Shown here: piece by piece, positions 10,137 through 22,100 of the stretch | How positions within the stretch are numbered: the stretch's first letter is position 1 | Layout: the number at the start of each line of letters is the position of its first letter | Source of the DNA: Caecitellus pseudoparvulus | Lineage: Eukaryota; Protista; Bigyra: Bicosoecida | NCBI GenBank assembly: GCA_965644315.1 | Contig: CBFFRQ010000089.1 | Location: 186,001 to 250,000, forward strand | DNA: 64,000 bases | Direction of reading: 5' to 3' | Notes under the pieces: model-generated | Told to the model about the DNA's origin: nothing | What the model saw: the letters and a program-made list of their open reading frames with translations, nothing else | Databases searched by the model: none | Translations under genes and position numbers: made by a program

Positions 10137-13100
10137 TCAGGCCCGGTCGAAGGTGCCGAATTCCACGGACGACAGGGCCAGCGTCATGCGCTCACGCATG
10201 ACGGCGTCGGTGGAGTAGGTTGGCAGGTACACTGCGAATTCACAGGTGGCCGCGATCATGAGGGCTTTGTCGGGGTCTTGCCCCGTGCGCCGCCACTCCC
10301 CCAACTTGAACTTCAGCGAGTCAGGCCACTGCCCAGGCGGCGGCAGGCGCCCCCGCCCCCATGCGAAGCGAATGAACTTCACCTTGAGCTGTTCGTCAAA
10401 GCTGCCGAGAACACGCCAGAAACGCTTCACGACGGGGTGGTTGGAGTTGTACTGCCCTGCGTACTTGGTGTGGGAGCGCAGGCGGTCCACGTCGATGGTG
10501 GCCTCGCCCTGCACCAGGAAGGACAGCTCTGCCGGCGTGAAGGTGCGCAGAACACGCATGGGCAGCAGGGCGTCCAGGCCCCGCTGCATGGCGGCGCAGG
10601 CGGGCTCGAATTCCCGCAGGCGGAAGGCGAGGCAGGCGGTGGCGTGGGCACGCACGGCGGCGGGGGTGGGCGGAACACCGCCCGTTGGCGTGGTCATGCC
10701 GGGGGGCGCCTGAAGCGGAACACGTGTTCCGTCCACGGACACCGCCTCCCACGCCGTGTCCCCCAGCGCAGCCAGCTCCTCATCCGAGCCACCGACGGTG
10801 GCTGCCAGGCGTTGCCGGAGAGCGGACACCGCCGCCTCGTCCGCCGCCTCCAGGTCCGTGGGGGAGGGCGTGAGGCCCAGGATGCAGCGCCAGACGATGG
10901 AGGCGAGGGGGAAGGGCTGGGGCTTGTTCATGCGCACGGCGATGCCCATGAGCACGCCCACCATCTCGAACAGGGCCAGGTCGTAGGGGGAGGTGAGGGC
11001 CGGGTTCGGAACAAATGTTCCGGCTTGGCCCAGGCGCGCCGACGCCCGCGTGGCAGGCAGGAACAGGGACAGGGTGTCCACTCGGAACAGGTCCGCCACC
11101 GCCTCCGTCATCATCTCGTTGAAGAGACCGCCCCAGTCCAAGCCCGCCTGCCGCACAGTGCGCCCCCGCGCGTCAAAGTCCTCGAACCGCACGTTGAACA
11201 GGTTCTTGCGGCTGGAGTGCGGCTTGGTGCGCAGGGGCGCCAGTTTGTCTGCCAGCGCGGCAGCTGACACAGTGCCTGTCGCCGTGTACCCGAACAGGGA
11301 CGCGTGCGTCTGCCCGACGCCGTGCCCTTTGGACCGCGTCCCCGGGCGCATGGGCAGCGACATGGCGGTGCGCAGCTTGGTGGCCAGCTGCACGAACATG
11401 CACTCGGAGGTGCGGGGGGCGACGTTGCCCTCTGCACGACTGGCGCGCGCCTTCCCCGTGTGCATGTGCACCTCCACGCCCAGGCGGGCGGAGTCGTCGC
11501 TGACCGTGTCGTCGATGGCGCGTTTCACGGCGGGCAGCTTGCTGCTCATGAACACGCAGTGACTCACATCCCGCAGGCGGCTGCCCAGGGACCAGCTGGT
11601 GGAGGAGTCAGTGGATGGCGCGGCGGGGCACGCTGCGGAATTTGACGCCTCCCCCTCGAGCAAGGCAGCAGCGGCGTCTGCGGCGTCTGCGGCGCTGACG
11701 AGGGGGGAGTCGAAAGTGAGGGGGCTGAAGCCGCCTGCACCTGTTCCGGCTGTGGGCGGAGCGCCCCCCCCCGCTGCGGCACCACCACCGCCGCCGCCGC
11801 CGCTGCCTCGTGAGTCAGTGTCGTCCACGTACTGCAGCACTGACTCCACACGCTTGTTGAGGAGCATGATGAGGGCAGCTCGCTCGCGCACACGGAGAAT
11901 GTCTACGTCTGCGAGGCCTGGGAACTTGCGGGCGTCCTCGGCGGAGACGGCGAGCTGGGAGATGTCCAGGTGCATCTCCGGCACATCAGCGGTGCGCGCT
12001 TTGGCCTGCAGCCAGTCCGCCAGCAGGGCATCCTGTGCTACACTCCACCGGGACATGTGCACCTGCGCAGCGATGGCTTCGGACTGGGTGAAGGGCCACC
12101 GCCCACGGCCCGTGCGCAGGGCGGCAGCGGGCGTGCCTCGCGCCACCACCATGGCCTTGCACAGCAACACATCGGGCAGGCGCCGGTGCCGGCGCAGGGC
12201 CGTGGCCAAATCCAACACCTCCACCAGACGCTCGTGCAGGGGCATGTCTTTGAAGCGGCGGCCCAGGGTCAGCTCCGGCACGTGGGCGCGGCCCTCTGCC
12301 ATGCTGGTGGGTGCTGGCGGGAGGGGGTCAGCGTCCTCCACGCTGAGGGCCAGGCGCAACGCAGATGAAACGCAGGCCTCGGCACGGCGCGCCATGACGC
12401 AGAGCTGCAGCAGCTGCAGCAGGGCGGGCGGCGGGGCGGCCCGAGATGAAGTCTGGATGTCCTCCAGCCGACTCTGCACCTCGCCGTACACATCCTGCGT
12501 GAGCAGGGACAAGTGCAGTGCACTTGCATCGCGCATGTGCAGGAGGAAGAGGTTGGGCGTGGCCAGCAGCTGCGCCATGATGGGCACCACCCGCTCCTTG
12601 AAGGGCAGGCCTGGCGTGCACAGGTACTTCGCCAGTGCGTTGAAGATGGCGGGGTCGTGCAGTGCGCCGGCAGAGACGACTTCTGGCGCCGACGTTGCGA
12701 GGAAACGCAGGAGCCAGACGCCGAACTCGAAGGACGGCGCGTGCAGCACCTGGCGCTCCGACAGCCAGGACACGGCGCCCATGGGCACGAGAGTCAGGCG
12801 CACACCCCAGAATTCCGACAGCATGCCCGCCGACCCCTGCGGCGGCGTCTCGTTGCACACGACGGAAATTGCCAGCGTGTCGGATGACACGATGAGCGGC
12901 GGCACGGCCCCACCGGCGCCAGCCGCCGCGGCAAAGTGCAGGCCGTACACATACCGACCTGAGGTCGCGCTGGCTACTGACTCGCTGGCCGTGCGCATGG
13001 TGCCAGCCTTGCCTGCCAGGCTGATCCACGCGCTCACGCCTGGCACACCCCGGCGGGCGGGGATGGTGCGTTCCCGGGGGGGCAGGCGGTGTTCCGCGGA

Positions 13101-16100
13101 GGGCGGACAGGGCAGGGCGCAGCGCGGGTCAAAGACGACGCAGATGGCGCTGGCACCAGGGAAGTGGTGCTTCACGTTGAAACTCAGGGGCGACGGCAGG
13201 GGGTGCAGCGTCTCCACGATGCGGGGCGCCCCCGCCACCAGCCCGCCGGCAGACGTCGCCCCGACGATGTTGGGGATGCACTCGTCCACCAGGGCGCGCG
13301 TCACGGGGCCCAGGGCGGCCTGACTCATCGTGCTGGCGGGGCGGGAGTCACCCTCGTCGCCGCCCCCCACGCCCGGCGGCAGCGCCACACGTGTCTCGTC
13401 AAACTCCGGCTTCTCACCCTCACACATCTCGCACGTCACGCTGTGCGGCTCATTCACGAATGTACACCGCTCGCATGCCCACGGCTGCGTCGAAAACGCA
13501 AGTCGGGCTTCAGCTATCGCCGTGGCACGCGCCTCCCTGGCGGCAGCTGCTGCCGCCGCCGCCGCCTCAGCACGCTTCTGCTGCTGGGACAGGTACGCAG
13601 CCAGCGCGCCCTGCATGGGGGCGCGTGATCCGTGTTCCGACTCACCCTTGCCCTCGCTGTGCGCCCCCGCCCCGTCAGCAGTGCCTGCCATGAGGCGTGC
13701 CAGTTGGGCTTCTTGGCGGAGAATTCCGCGGAGAATACGCGCAAACGCCGCCGGTGTCGGGCTGCTCTGTTCCGTCGCCTGCACAGTCGGAACAGCGACG
13801 GCCACGGAGTCGCCCGCGACGCGGCCATGGGGCGTGGCCACCATGCCCGCCCCACGGCCCTCGTCCTTGTCAGGCACTGCTGCCGTGTCACCCCCCCCCT
13901 CACCCCCCTCCTCCTCCTCCTCCTCTGCCACCTCTGCTTCGTTCCCGCTGGCAATGGTGCCGGCAGCCACCAGCCGGAACAGGCGCACCAGTTGCGCCAC
14001 AGAGGCCTGTGCGGCGGCACCCCCCCCGTCGCCGCCTGCGTCGCGCTCCAGAGACAGCTGGATCCACTGTTCCGGAGTCATGGCACTGAGAGCGCTGAGA
14101 ATGGCCCCGCGCGCGTACAGCGTGGCGAGGGATGAGTCAGTGACGGTGGCTGCGGCGGGCAGGCTGGGCGCGCCCGTCACGAGCGCTGCGCCGACGGAGT
14201 GAGGTCGGAACACCCGACTCAGAACACCAGACCCCCGCACCCCCCACATGCCCGCATCCCGATCCGCAGCGGCGGCGGCCTCCGCCTCCGGACCCCGCCC
14301 CAGCAGCGCCCGTGTACTGCCTGCGACGCCACCCCCCCGGCGCTGGGCTTGAGCTGCCTGCCAAGCTGAGGCAAGGGAACGCCCTGTGGAGGTGGAGCGG
14401 TGGGCGCCGCTGGAGGAGCCAGCCAGCACGGCAGCTGACAGGGCCACGGGCAGGGACAGGGCGACGGCGCTGGTGGGGCAGCGCAGGCGCAGTGCGGAAT
14501 TCGAGTCTAAATCCGCAGGGTCAGCCCGCAGCGCCGTGGCTGGGAAGGCGACACGGCCGGCACCTTGCACTTGCACTGCAGCCCCCGGCCACACATGCAC
14601 TTGCCCGGGGGGGGGCAGTGCCACACCTGCTGCCCCATAGCCCGCCATGAGGGTGTGCGCGTGGGCCACGGCGACTGAGGTGCTGACCCACTTCAACGCA
14701 CCACCGTGGCTGCCCAGGCGCCCATAGACGGCGCTGCCGTCCACCTCCCCAGCACCTGCGCCCCCAGCTGCTGCCTGCTGCGTTGCAGGGTGTGTGGGCC
14801 CGCCGCCGCCCCGTGCGGCACCTGACCGGCCGCTGGGACCTTGCGGAGTCACTGCCGCGACGAGCTCCAACGCAGCAGCAGGGCGCACGGTGTGGTGTCC
14901 ATCAGATGCAGCGGGGCTGTCAGTGAGGGCGCCAGCAGCTGCGCTTCGGGCAGCGGCGATGCCGTGGCGAGTGCTGGTTTCGCGGCGCAGGTTGGAGTCT
15001 CGCGCGGAGTATTGTGCGGAGAAATGGGCCCCGTGGTGCTCCAGCCACCCACGTGCCATGGCGACGTTGCCGTCGAACATGTCCAGCGTGTGTTCGCACA
15101 GCTCCTCGGGCATAGAGGTGGCCAGGGCCAGACCCGCCGCGGCAGTGGCGTGGGGTGACTCCACGCAGAAGGACCCTGACGCCGTGCGTTGCAGGGTGCC
15201 CCCGCTGCTGCCGCCGGTGGAGTCACTGGTGAGGGACAGCACTGCCGCCTCCACTGCTGCCGTGGCAGCAGCTTCGCGCCCGGCGGGGGGGGGCTGCAGG
15301 GGGGGTGGAGGGTTGACTGCGGAAACCGGCCCCGCCAACCACTGGTGCAACGCAGCACGGCGCTTCAGCAGGCTCTCCACAGTGAGCACCGTCGGCGCAT
15401 CCAGCGGCCGCAACGCAGCAGGCAGCAGGTCCCGCAGCAAAGCCGGCGGAGCAGCGTCCGAGTCAACCGAGTCACCGCCTTGTCCCGAGGCAGCCTTCTC
15501 CTCAACGTGCGCGCCCCCTTCAGGGGCCCCAGGCAGGGGCGGGAGGGGGGCCAGGTGCAGGCGTAACGCAGCAGGCTGCCGCAGGAAGAGCGGCAGCGCG
15601 TGCAGGGCAAAGGCTCGCAGCTGCGTGAGGGTGCTGACGAGTGCCAGCGCTGGGCCCACCCCCGCCGCATCGGATCCGCGGCGGAAGTCAGCGACGGGCA
15701 GGGCCACGAACGCCTGCAACGCAGCAAGCAGGCGGGGGGCGTTGTCGGGTGGCAGGTGCAGGCTGAGGAGGGGCTGTGGCGGCAGCAGCTGCAGCGCGCC
15801 GTGACTGGCAGTGCTGAAGGTGAGGTGGTCCGTGACGGCGCCGCCAAGGGAGGGGCCCCCCTGACTGCCCCCTGACCCCCCCCTGCTGGCCAGGCGGGCG
15901 TGCCCGGGGGGGGGTCCGCTGCCCCCACTGGCATGGGTCAGGTACGAACACCCACCTGGGGCCATGGCGTGTTCCGTGTTCAGCAGGCCATCCCATGGGC
16001 GGGGCGCCCCGGATAGGTGCGCCCACACCTCGAACAGGGTGGGCCCAGAGGCCGTCACGAAGGCGGGCGGCCCCCCACCCACACTGACTGGGCGCCCCAC

Positions 16101-19100
16101 CGCGAGACCCTCAGCCCAGGTGCCACCCCCCAGCAGGCCTAGAGCGCCAACGGCAGCTTGCAGGGCCACTTGCGCGACCTCACATCGCGTCAGGACAGCC
16201 TGCGCACGGGGGAACTTCAAGTCGCCGCCCCCCGCGTCGGCACGCAGCTGCAGGGCAGGCTCCCGCAGGTGACTCAGTTGACTCGTGGCAACGCACCAGA
16301 CCAGCTCGCGCCAGGCGGTGCTGACATGGCACACGTGCACCAGCAACGCACGGGCCTCCGACCCCAGCGCGATGATGTGGCCTCCCTGCAACGCAGCAGA
16401 GGCGGAGTCATGCGACACGCCCTCCCCGTCCCGCGGCAACGCACCATCCGCGAACACACTGGTGGTCACGGCGCCAGACAGCACCAGCAGGCAGGTGACC
16501 AGCCCCGACGCATCTGGCGTGGGCAGGTTCAGGGGGTGTTCCGGCGTGGGCAGGCGCAGGGGGGATGTTCCGGCTGCGGCACCCCCCCCCTCCTCCCCCC
16601 CTGCCAGCTCCCGCAGCGCCGGCACGAGGCACTGCGGCACAAACTCCGGCCCTGCTGCTGCCAGGATGTGCCCTAGGCAACGCAGGGCCAGGATACTGGA
16701 GTCACTGGGAAGTGCAACGCAGGACAGCAGGTGACTCGCGAAGGCCGTGCTGGCCAGGCGCAGGCCAGCAGCGGGTGATGTGGCGGTGATGCTGGCCAGC
16801 GCCCCCAGCAAGCGCCGCAGCGCCCGCTCCACCTCCAACGCCTCCAGGGCCACCTGCGCATCACCGGGTAGAGTCAGAACAGCGGCGCCCAGGGCGTTTT
16901 TCGCCGCAGGCACCAGCCCCGTCGGCGCGATGCCCGCCGCGCTCAGCGCTGCCAGGCTCTTCGCCGCGGCGCCCTTCCAACGCACCATGCTCTCCTCAGC
17001 AGCCTTCGCTGCGTCTGTTCCGTACTCGCCAGCCCGGAACAGCGCCGCTGCAGCTGGCGCCAGGGTGGCCAGCTCCCCCCGCAAGTACTCCACCACGGGG
17101 CGCTGCAGGGCCAGGATGCCGGACAAGGTGGCGTGGGGTGCGAATTCCGCACTTCCCCCGCCCCCCGCGTCGCCTGGTCGCTGTTCTGGCAGCAGCCCGC
17201 CACCGCCCCGCCGTAGGGCGATGCTGCTGCGGCGGGGGGACTGGGGGGGGGGCGCGTGGGGCTCGGCGCTGGGGGCGGTCAGCCGCGTTTCACCGGCGTT
17301 TCCCAGCGCCTGCAGGGCGAACCACACCTTGACCCAGGCAGCCGCCTCCACGAGCCCCTGCACCGCCTCGCCCGGAGATAGGGGCTCTTTGGGGAAGACG
17401 GGGATGGCGCGGGCCTGTCGTGCAGGCAATTGCCCAGCAAGTGCCCCCACCACCCCCTCGTAGCTGGCCAGCGCACCCGCTGACCCCAGAAACCCCGGCA
17501 CGGCCCGACGGGGGGTGCTGCCCTCCAGCACCTGACTCAGGCAACGCAGGGGGGAGGGCGGCGGTGCCAGGCGGGCCAGGGCCAGTTGGGTCTGTGCCGC
17601 GGCTCGTGTGTCTGCAACGCAGCAGGCCAGGCGCAGCACGCCGCCACCTGCCACCCACACCCCATCCCGTGGCTCCAGGTGCAGCGTCCAGCCGTGCAGG
17701 GCCGCCGCGACGAGGCGGGCCGCGTGCAGAACACGGAACACAGAGGGGTCTGCGGGATCGGGCTGCGTGACGCCCTCGGCGGCTGCGACCAGCTGCTGCG
17801 CGGCCGCCTCCCACACCGCCGTCGCACGGGCCGTCGCGGTTGAGAGCAAGGCCGCTGTGGCCAGTAGACACGCGCGCAAGTGCCCAGCACTTGCTCCGTC
17901 CAGGCCCGCCACGGGGTGTGCCTGGGACAGCGACAGGCCGTGCGCGTGTTCGCCGTCCCACCCGAGCTCCCCGTCGCCACTGAGAACACTGCGGCCCTCC
18001 TCCAGCCCCCCCTGCCCCGATGGCGTCCCCCCCACCACCGCATCCAGCGGCATGGACCCCGCCGCCCCCCCCTCACTGCTGATCCACAGCTGCCGCAGGG
18101 AACGCAGCACAAAGCCCAGTGGAAGGGCGGCCGTGTACGCGGTGGGGGGCCCCGCCTCGTCCCCTGGGCCGCCGCCACCGCCACCGCCACCGCCGCCGGC
18201 GTCAAACTCCGCGACCCGCCCCGCGTCATCAAATGCATCGCCGTACAGCGTGGAGGTCTGGTGCTGGATGCCGCCGCCGCCGCCGCCGCTAGTAGCAGCA
18301 GGGGGAGCGCGGGGGCGGCCGCGGGCCCCATCACCACCGGCGGGGGCGGGGTCCGCGCGGCCACCTGCCGCGGCCCCACCGGCACCGGTCTCGCCTGGGG
18401 GGGAGGCGGCGTCACTCCCGTCGTCCCCCCCTGCACTGGGGTCGCCACCGCCGCCGCCACCTCCCCGCAGAGCAGTCATGAGTGCCTGCACAGTGGGGGT
18501 GGCGCCATGCCCCCCCTCCCAGCCTGAGAGACCCCCGGCGCCGCCGCTGGTGCGTTGCAGCACCGTCACGAGGTGCGGGGGCAAGTACGCAAAGGCGCCT
18601 GCAAGAGCAGGTCGCAGGGCGAGCAGGGCAGCTCGGAGGTCGCAGGGGTCCAGACACGCAGCAAAGGCAGCTCGGAACAGCCGCAAGCCCGCCAACCGCG
18701 AACGCGCCCGTGCGTTAGCGTGCGCGTGGGCTGCTTGCACCGTGGCCAGCGGCACCACCTCCTGCTCCTGCGTTGCACCCGGCTGCGCAACGCGGGAGTC
18801 ACTCCCCGCACCCTGCAGCGTGACGCGCAAGGAAGCCAGGGCTCGCACGTACACGTGGGGGGGTTGCCCGGGTTTCCAGGCCCCCCCCATGCCCGCGTCC
18901 TGGTCCAGACGTGCCTCTGCCCCCTCTGCCAGGCCGTCGCGCAGAAACGCCCCAACGCCGGACAGGATGGAGCTGGTCGCAGCCACCGACTGGTCGTCGA
19001 AGGCGTCCTCCAAGCCGGCTGCCGTCACGCCTGGCACGCTCAGGGCGAGCAGGGACAGGGACGAGTCAACGCCAGCTGTGCTGCTGCGTTGCAACGCAGA

Positions 19101-22100
19101 GTCCGCGCGGGCCAGAGCTGTGGGGGCGGAGGGGGGGGCGGGCACATCCCCATCCCCCGCTGCCGCCGCCCCACCACCCCCCGCGACTGAGCTGGCCAGG
19201 TGTTCCAACTGGGCCCGTAACGCAGCAGGCGTGCTCGCTGCTGCGTTGGCAGCTGGCGGCAGGGACAGCAGGTGCTGGGCGCGCGCGATGATGGCGTCTG
19301 CCGTGAAACGCAGCGCAGCAGGGTCGCTGCCGTGGTGCTGCTTCAGCTTGACTCGCAGGTAGTCCACGTGACTCGCCACCTGCAGCATGGCGGGTGACGG
19401 CGTGAAATCCTTGGTGGCGGCGGCGCCGCGTTCTGCCACCGCCCCCAGCAACGCAGCAGCCTCCCGCCGCAGCCACGGCCCCCCATGCCGCACACAGGCA
19501 GCCGCCACAGCCCCGTCGCAGGGGGCGGGGGGCCGTCGCCGCCGCATCACCTTGGACATGCGCAGGGAGGCAGTGGCCCAAGTGGCGAGGGTGGTCCCAA
19601 ATTCCGCAGCCTGCGCCAGGCGTGGCCCCCCCGCTTCGGGGGCGGCGCCCAGGTCGAACGCCTCGTTGCCGGCCTCCACAGGGGGGGTAAAGGGGGGTCC
19701 TTGGACACCCACCCCCTCTCTCTCCTCCTCATCACCCCCCTGCGGCACCTGCTCCCACAGATGGGGGGCGGTCCACCCCTCATCCAGCGCCGGGCCATCC
19801 TGCAGGGCGGGCATGCCGGAACACAGCCACGCGCCGGTGGCCCCATGCAGAACACCGTGTTCCGAGTCACCCCCCGCGTCGGCCGCCGCCTGGACAAAGG
19901 GCGGCCGCGCCATCCACCGCAGGGATGCGAGCTCCTCGGGGGAGGGCACGGGGCCGGAGGCCAGCACGGCGCCGCAACGCACGAGGGACCACGCCAACGC
20001 ATCATGCAGCGACAGCCACAGGGCCGGCGTGTCGGCCGGCCACGCGACGTGCACGCCCCCCACCTGCATGTGGCCGTACAGGGAGAGGTGGCCGGAGGAG
20101 AGGCGGGTGTCAATTTCCGCAGGCAGCCCTCCGGCGCCCCCGCCCGAGTCAGCGGGGTGCGTGGGAGTCAGGCGCATGGCCTGGCGCAGGGAGCTGCGGA
20201 GGGAGGCTGCATCAGCAGCGTCGGGGACGGTGCGTCGCAGGGCGTCGGCGAGTGCGACCTGCACGCGTGCGAGGGCTGGGCCCAACGCCCATGCCAGCAG
20301 AGGTTCACGCCAGTGCACACGTGCTGCTGCGAGGAGCACGAACAACTGGTCCGCGCCCACCTGCAGCGGCTTCAGCGTCAGAACAGTGGGTGCCTGCTCC
20401 ACGGCGCCAGCGACGTGCTGGGCGAGCTGGTGCACTGCGTCGGCGAGCGCGACCAGCACGCCCTGCCGACTGCCACTGCCGTCGCCGCCGCCGCCCGGCA
20501 GCAGCGTCATGCCGCCCCCCGACGCCGACGCGACGCCCTCACGCCGCACTTCAGATGACGTCACGGAGCCGGCACGGGGGGTCGCAGCGGGGGTGCGTGG
20601 TGCGTTGCCAGTGGACGTCGGCAACCCCGCCGCTCGCTGCGCCAGCAACGCGTTGTACTGACACAGGATGTTGCGGTGGGAGGTGGCGGTGGCCATGGAG
20701 GCGGTGAGTGTTCGGGTGAGAGCCAGAACACCCTGCCGGGTGGGGGATGCGAAGTACGTTGCCGCGCCCACCGTCGGCTCCGGCACTGGCAGCACTGCCG
20801 CGAGGGTGGTGGGTGACGCGAGAATGCCCAGGAGAGGAGTGGAGAGAGACGCCGAGGCCGCATCGTCGGCGGCGGTGATGGAGGCAAGAACACCCCCGAC
20901 AGCCTTGGAGGACACTTGGAACATGGGCAGGGCCAGGGACGTGGCCAGTGCCAGTGCCGTGCGTTGCACTGCGGGCGAGTCAGAGCCGCCAGGGTGCCCC
21001 TGCAACGCGCAACGCAGCATGCTGCCCACGAGGGCAGTGGGCACATCGGCTGCTGATGCAGCTGGCAGCAGGGTGTGCACGAGGCCGGCGGCGGCGGTGG
21101 TGGCTGTGCGCAACATGGGGTCGCGAACGTGCGATCCTGAGTCGCACGTTTGGGACACGTGCAGTGACACCGCCTCCGGGTCCACACCCGACACGTGCAG
21201 CGTGAGCAGGTGCAGGCCGAGCCAGGTGAGAACACGGCAGACGCGGCTGGAGTCTGTTCCGGACAGCACCCAGTCCAGCAGGAACGCCAGCAGGCCAAAT
21301 GTCTCGCCACACACCTCTGCGGCATGGGGAATCTCCACGAAGCCGGGGGCGGAGCCTTTGGGGGGCAGGGGCACCGTCGCGCGATCTGGGATCGCGGGGG
21401 CGTGCGCCCCCCCCACCGCCAGCAGCAGCGCATCGGCTGCCTGCATGGCAGAGACACGGTCAGTGGAGGCGGGGGGCAGGGTGCTCTGGATACCGTCCAG
21501 GTCGCACCAGCCGACCACCGGCCCCCAGTCAGGCGCCAAGCACTCCACACCCCCCGCCACACTGCCCGCCGCCCGCTCCAGCAGCGCCCTGGACACGGTG
21601 GACGTCTGTTGGAAGGCACAGGCGGTGATGAAGGCCGCCACGCCAGCGGCTGACCCGGTGGCGGCCGCCAGACTCAGCAGCGCATCCAGCAGCTGCGACG
21701 TGACGGCGTCGTCCACGCTGGACTGCACACGCAGGAAGAAGGACATGATGCTGCTGCACAGCACGCGAAGGGGGGCGGCGTTCACGGGGGGCGTGGGCCC
21801 AGCCACCATCAGCCGCACATCAAAGAGGCCCGTCACCGCCCACACTGCCTGCTTGAAGTTCACCTCCACGGCGGTGGTGGGCACAGGGGCGGGCAGGGCC
21901 AGGGTCACCTCCAGGTCACTCCCTGACCGCTCGGGGGCCTTCCACGTCGTGGTGCGTTTCGCGGAGTCACCCCCCGCGCCCTCTGCGGTGAGGGTGATGG
22001 TGACGCCGGCAGGCGGCGCTGTGAACGCGAGGGTGGCCTCTGCGAACAGCATGGGCTGCGGGAACCGGAACACCAGGGTGGCGCTGGGCCCACCCACCCC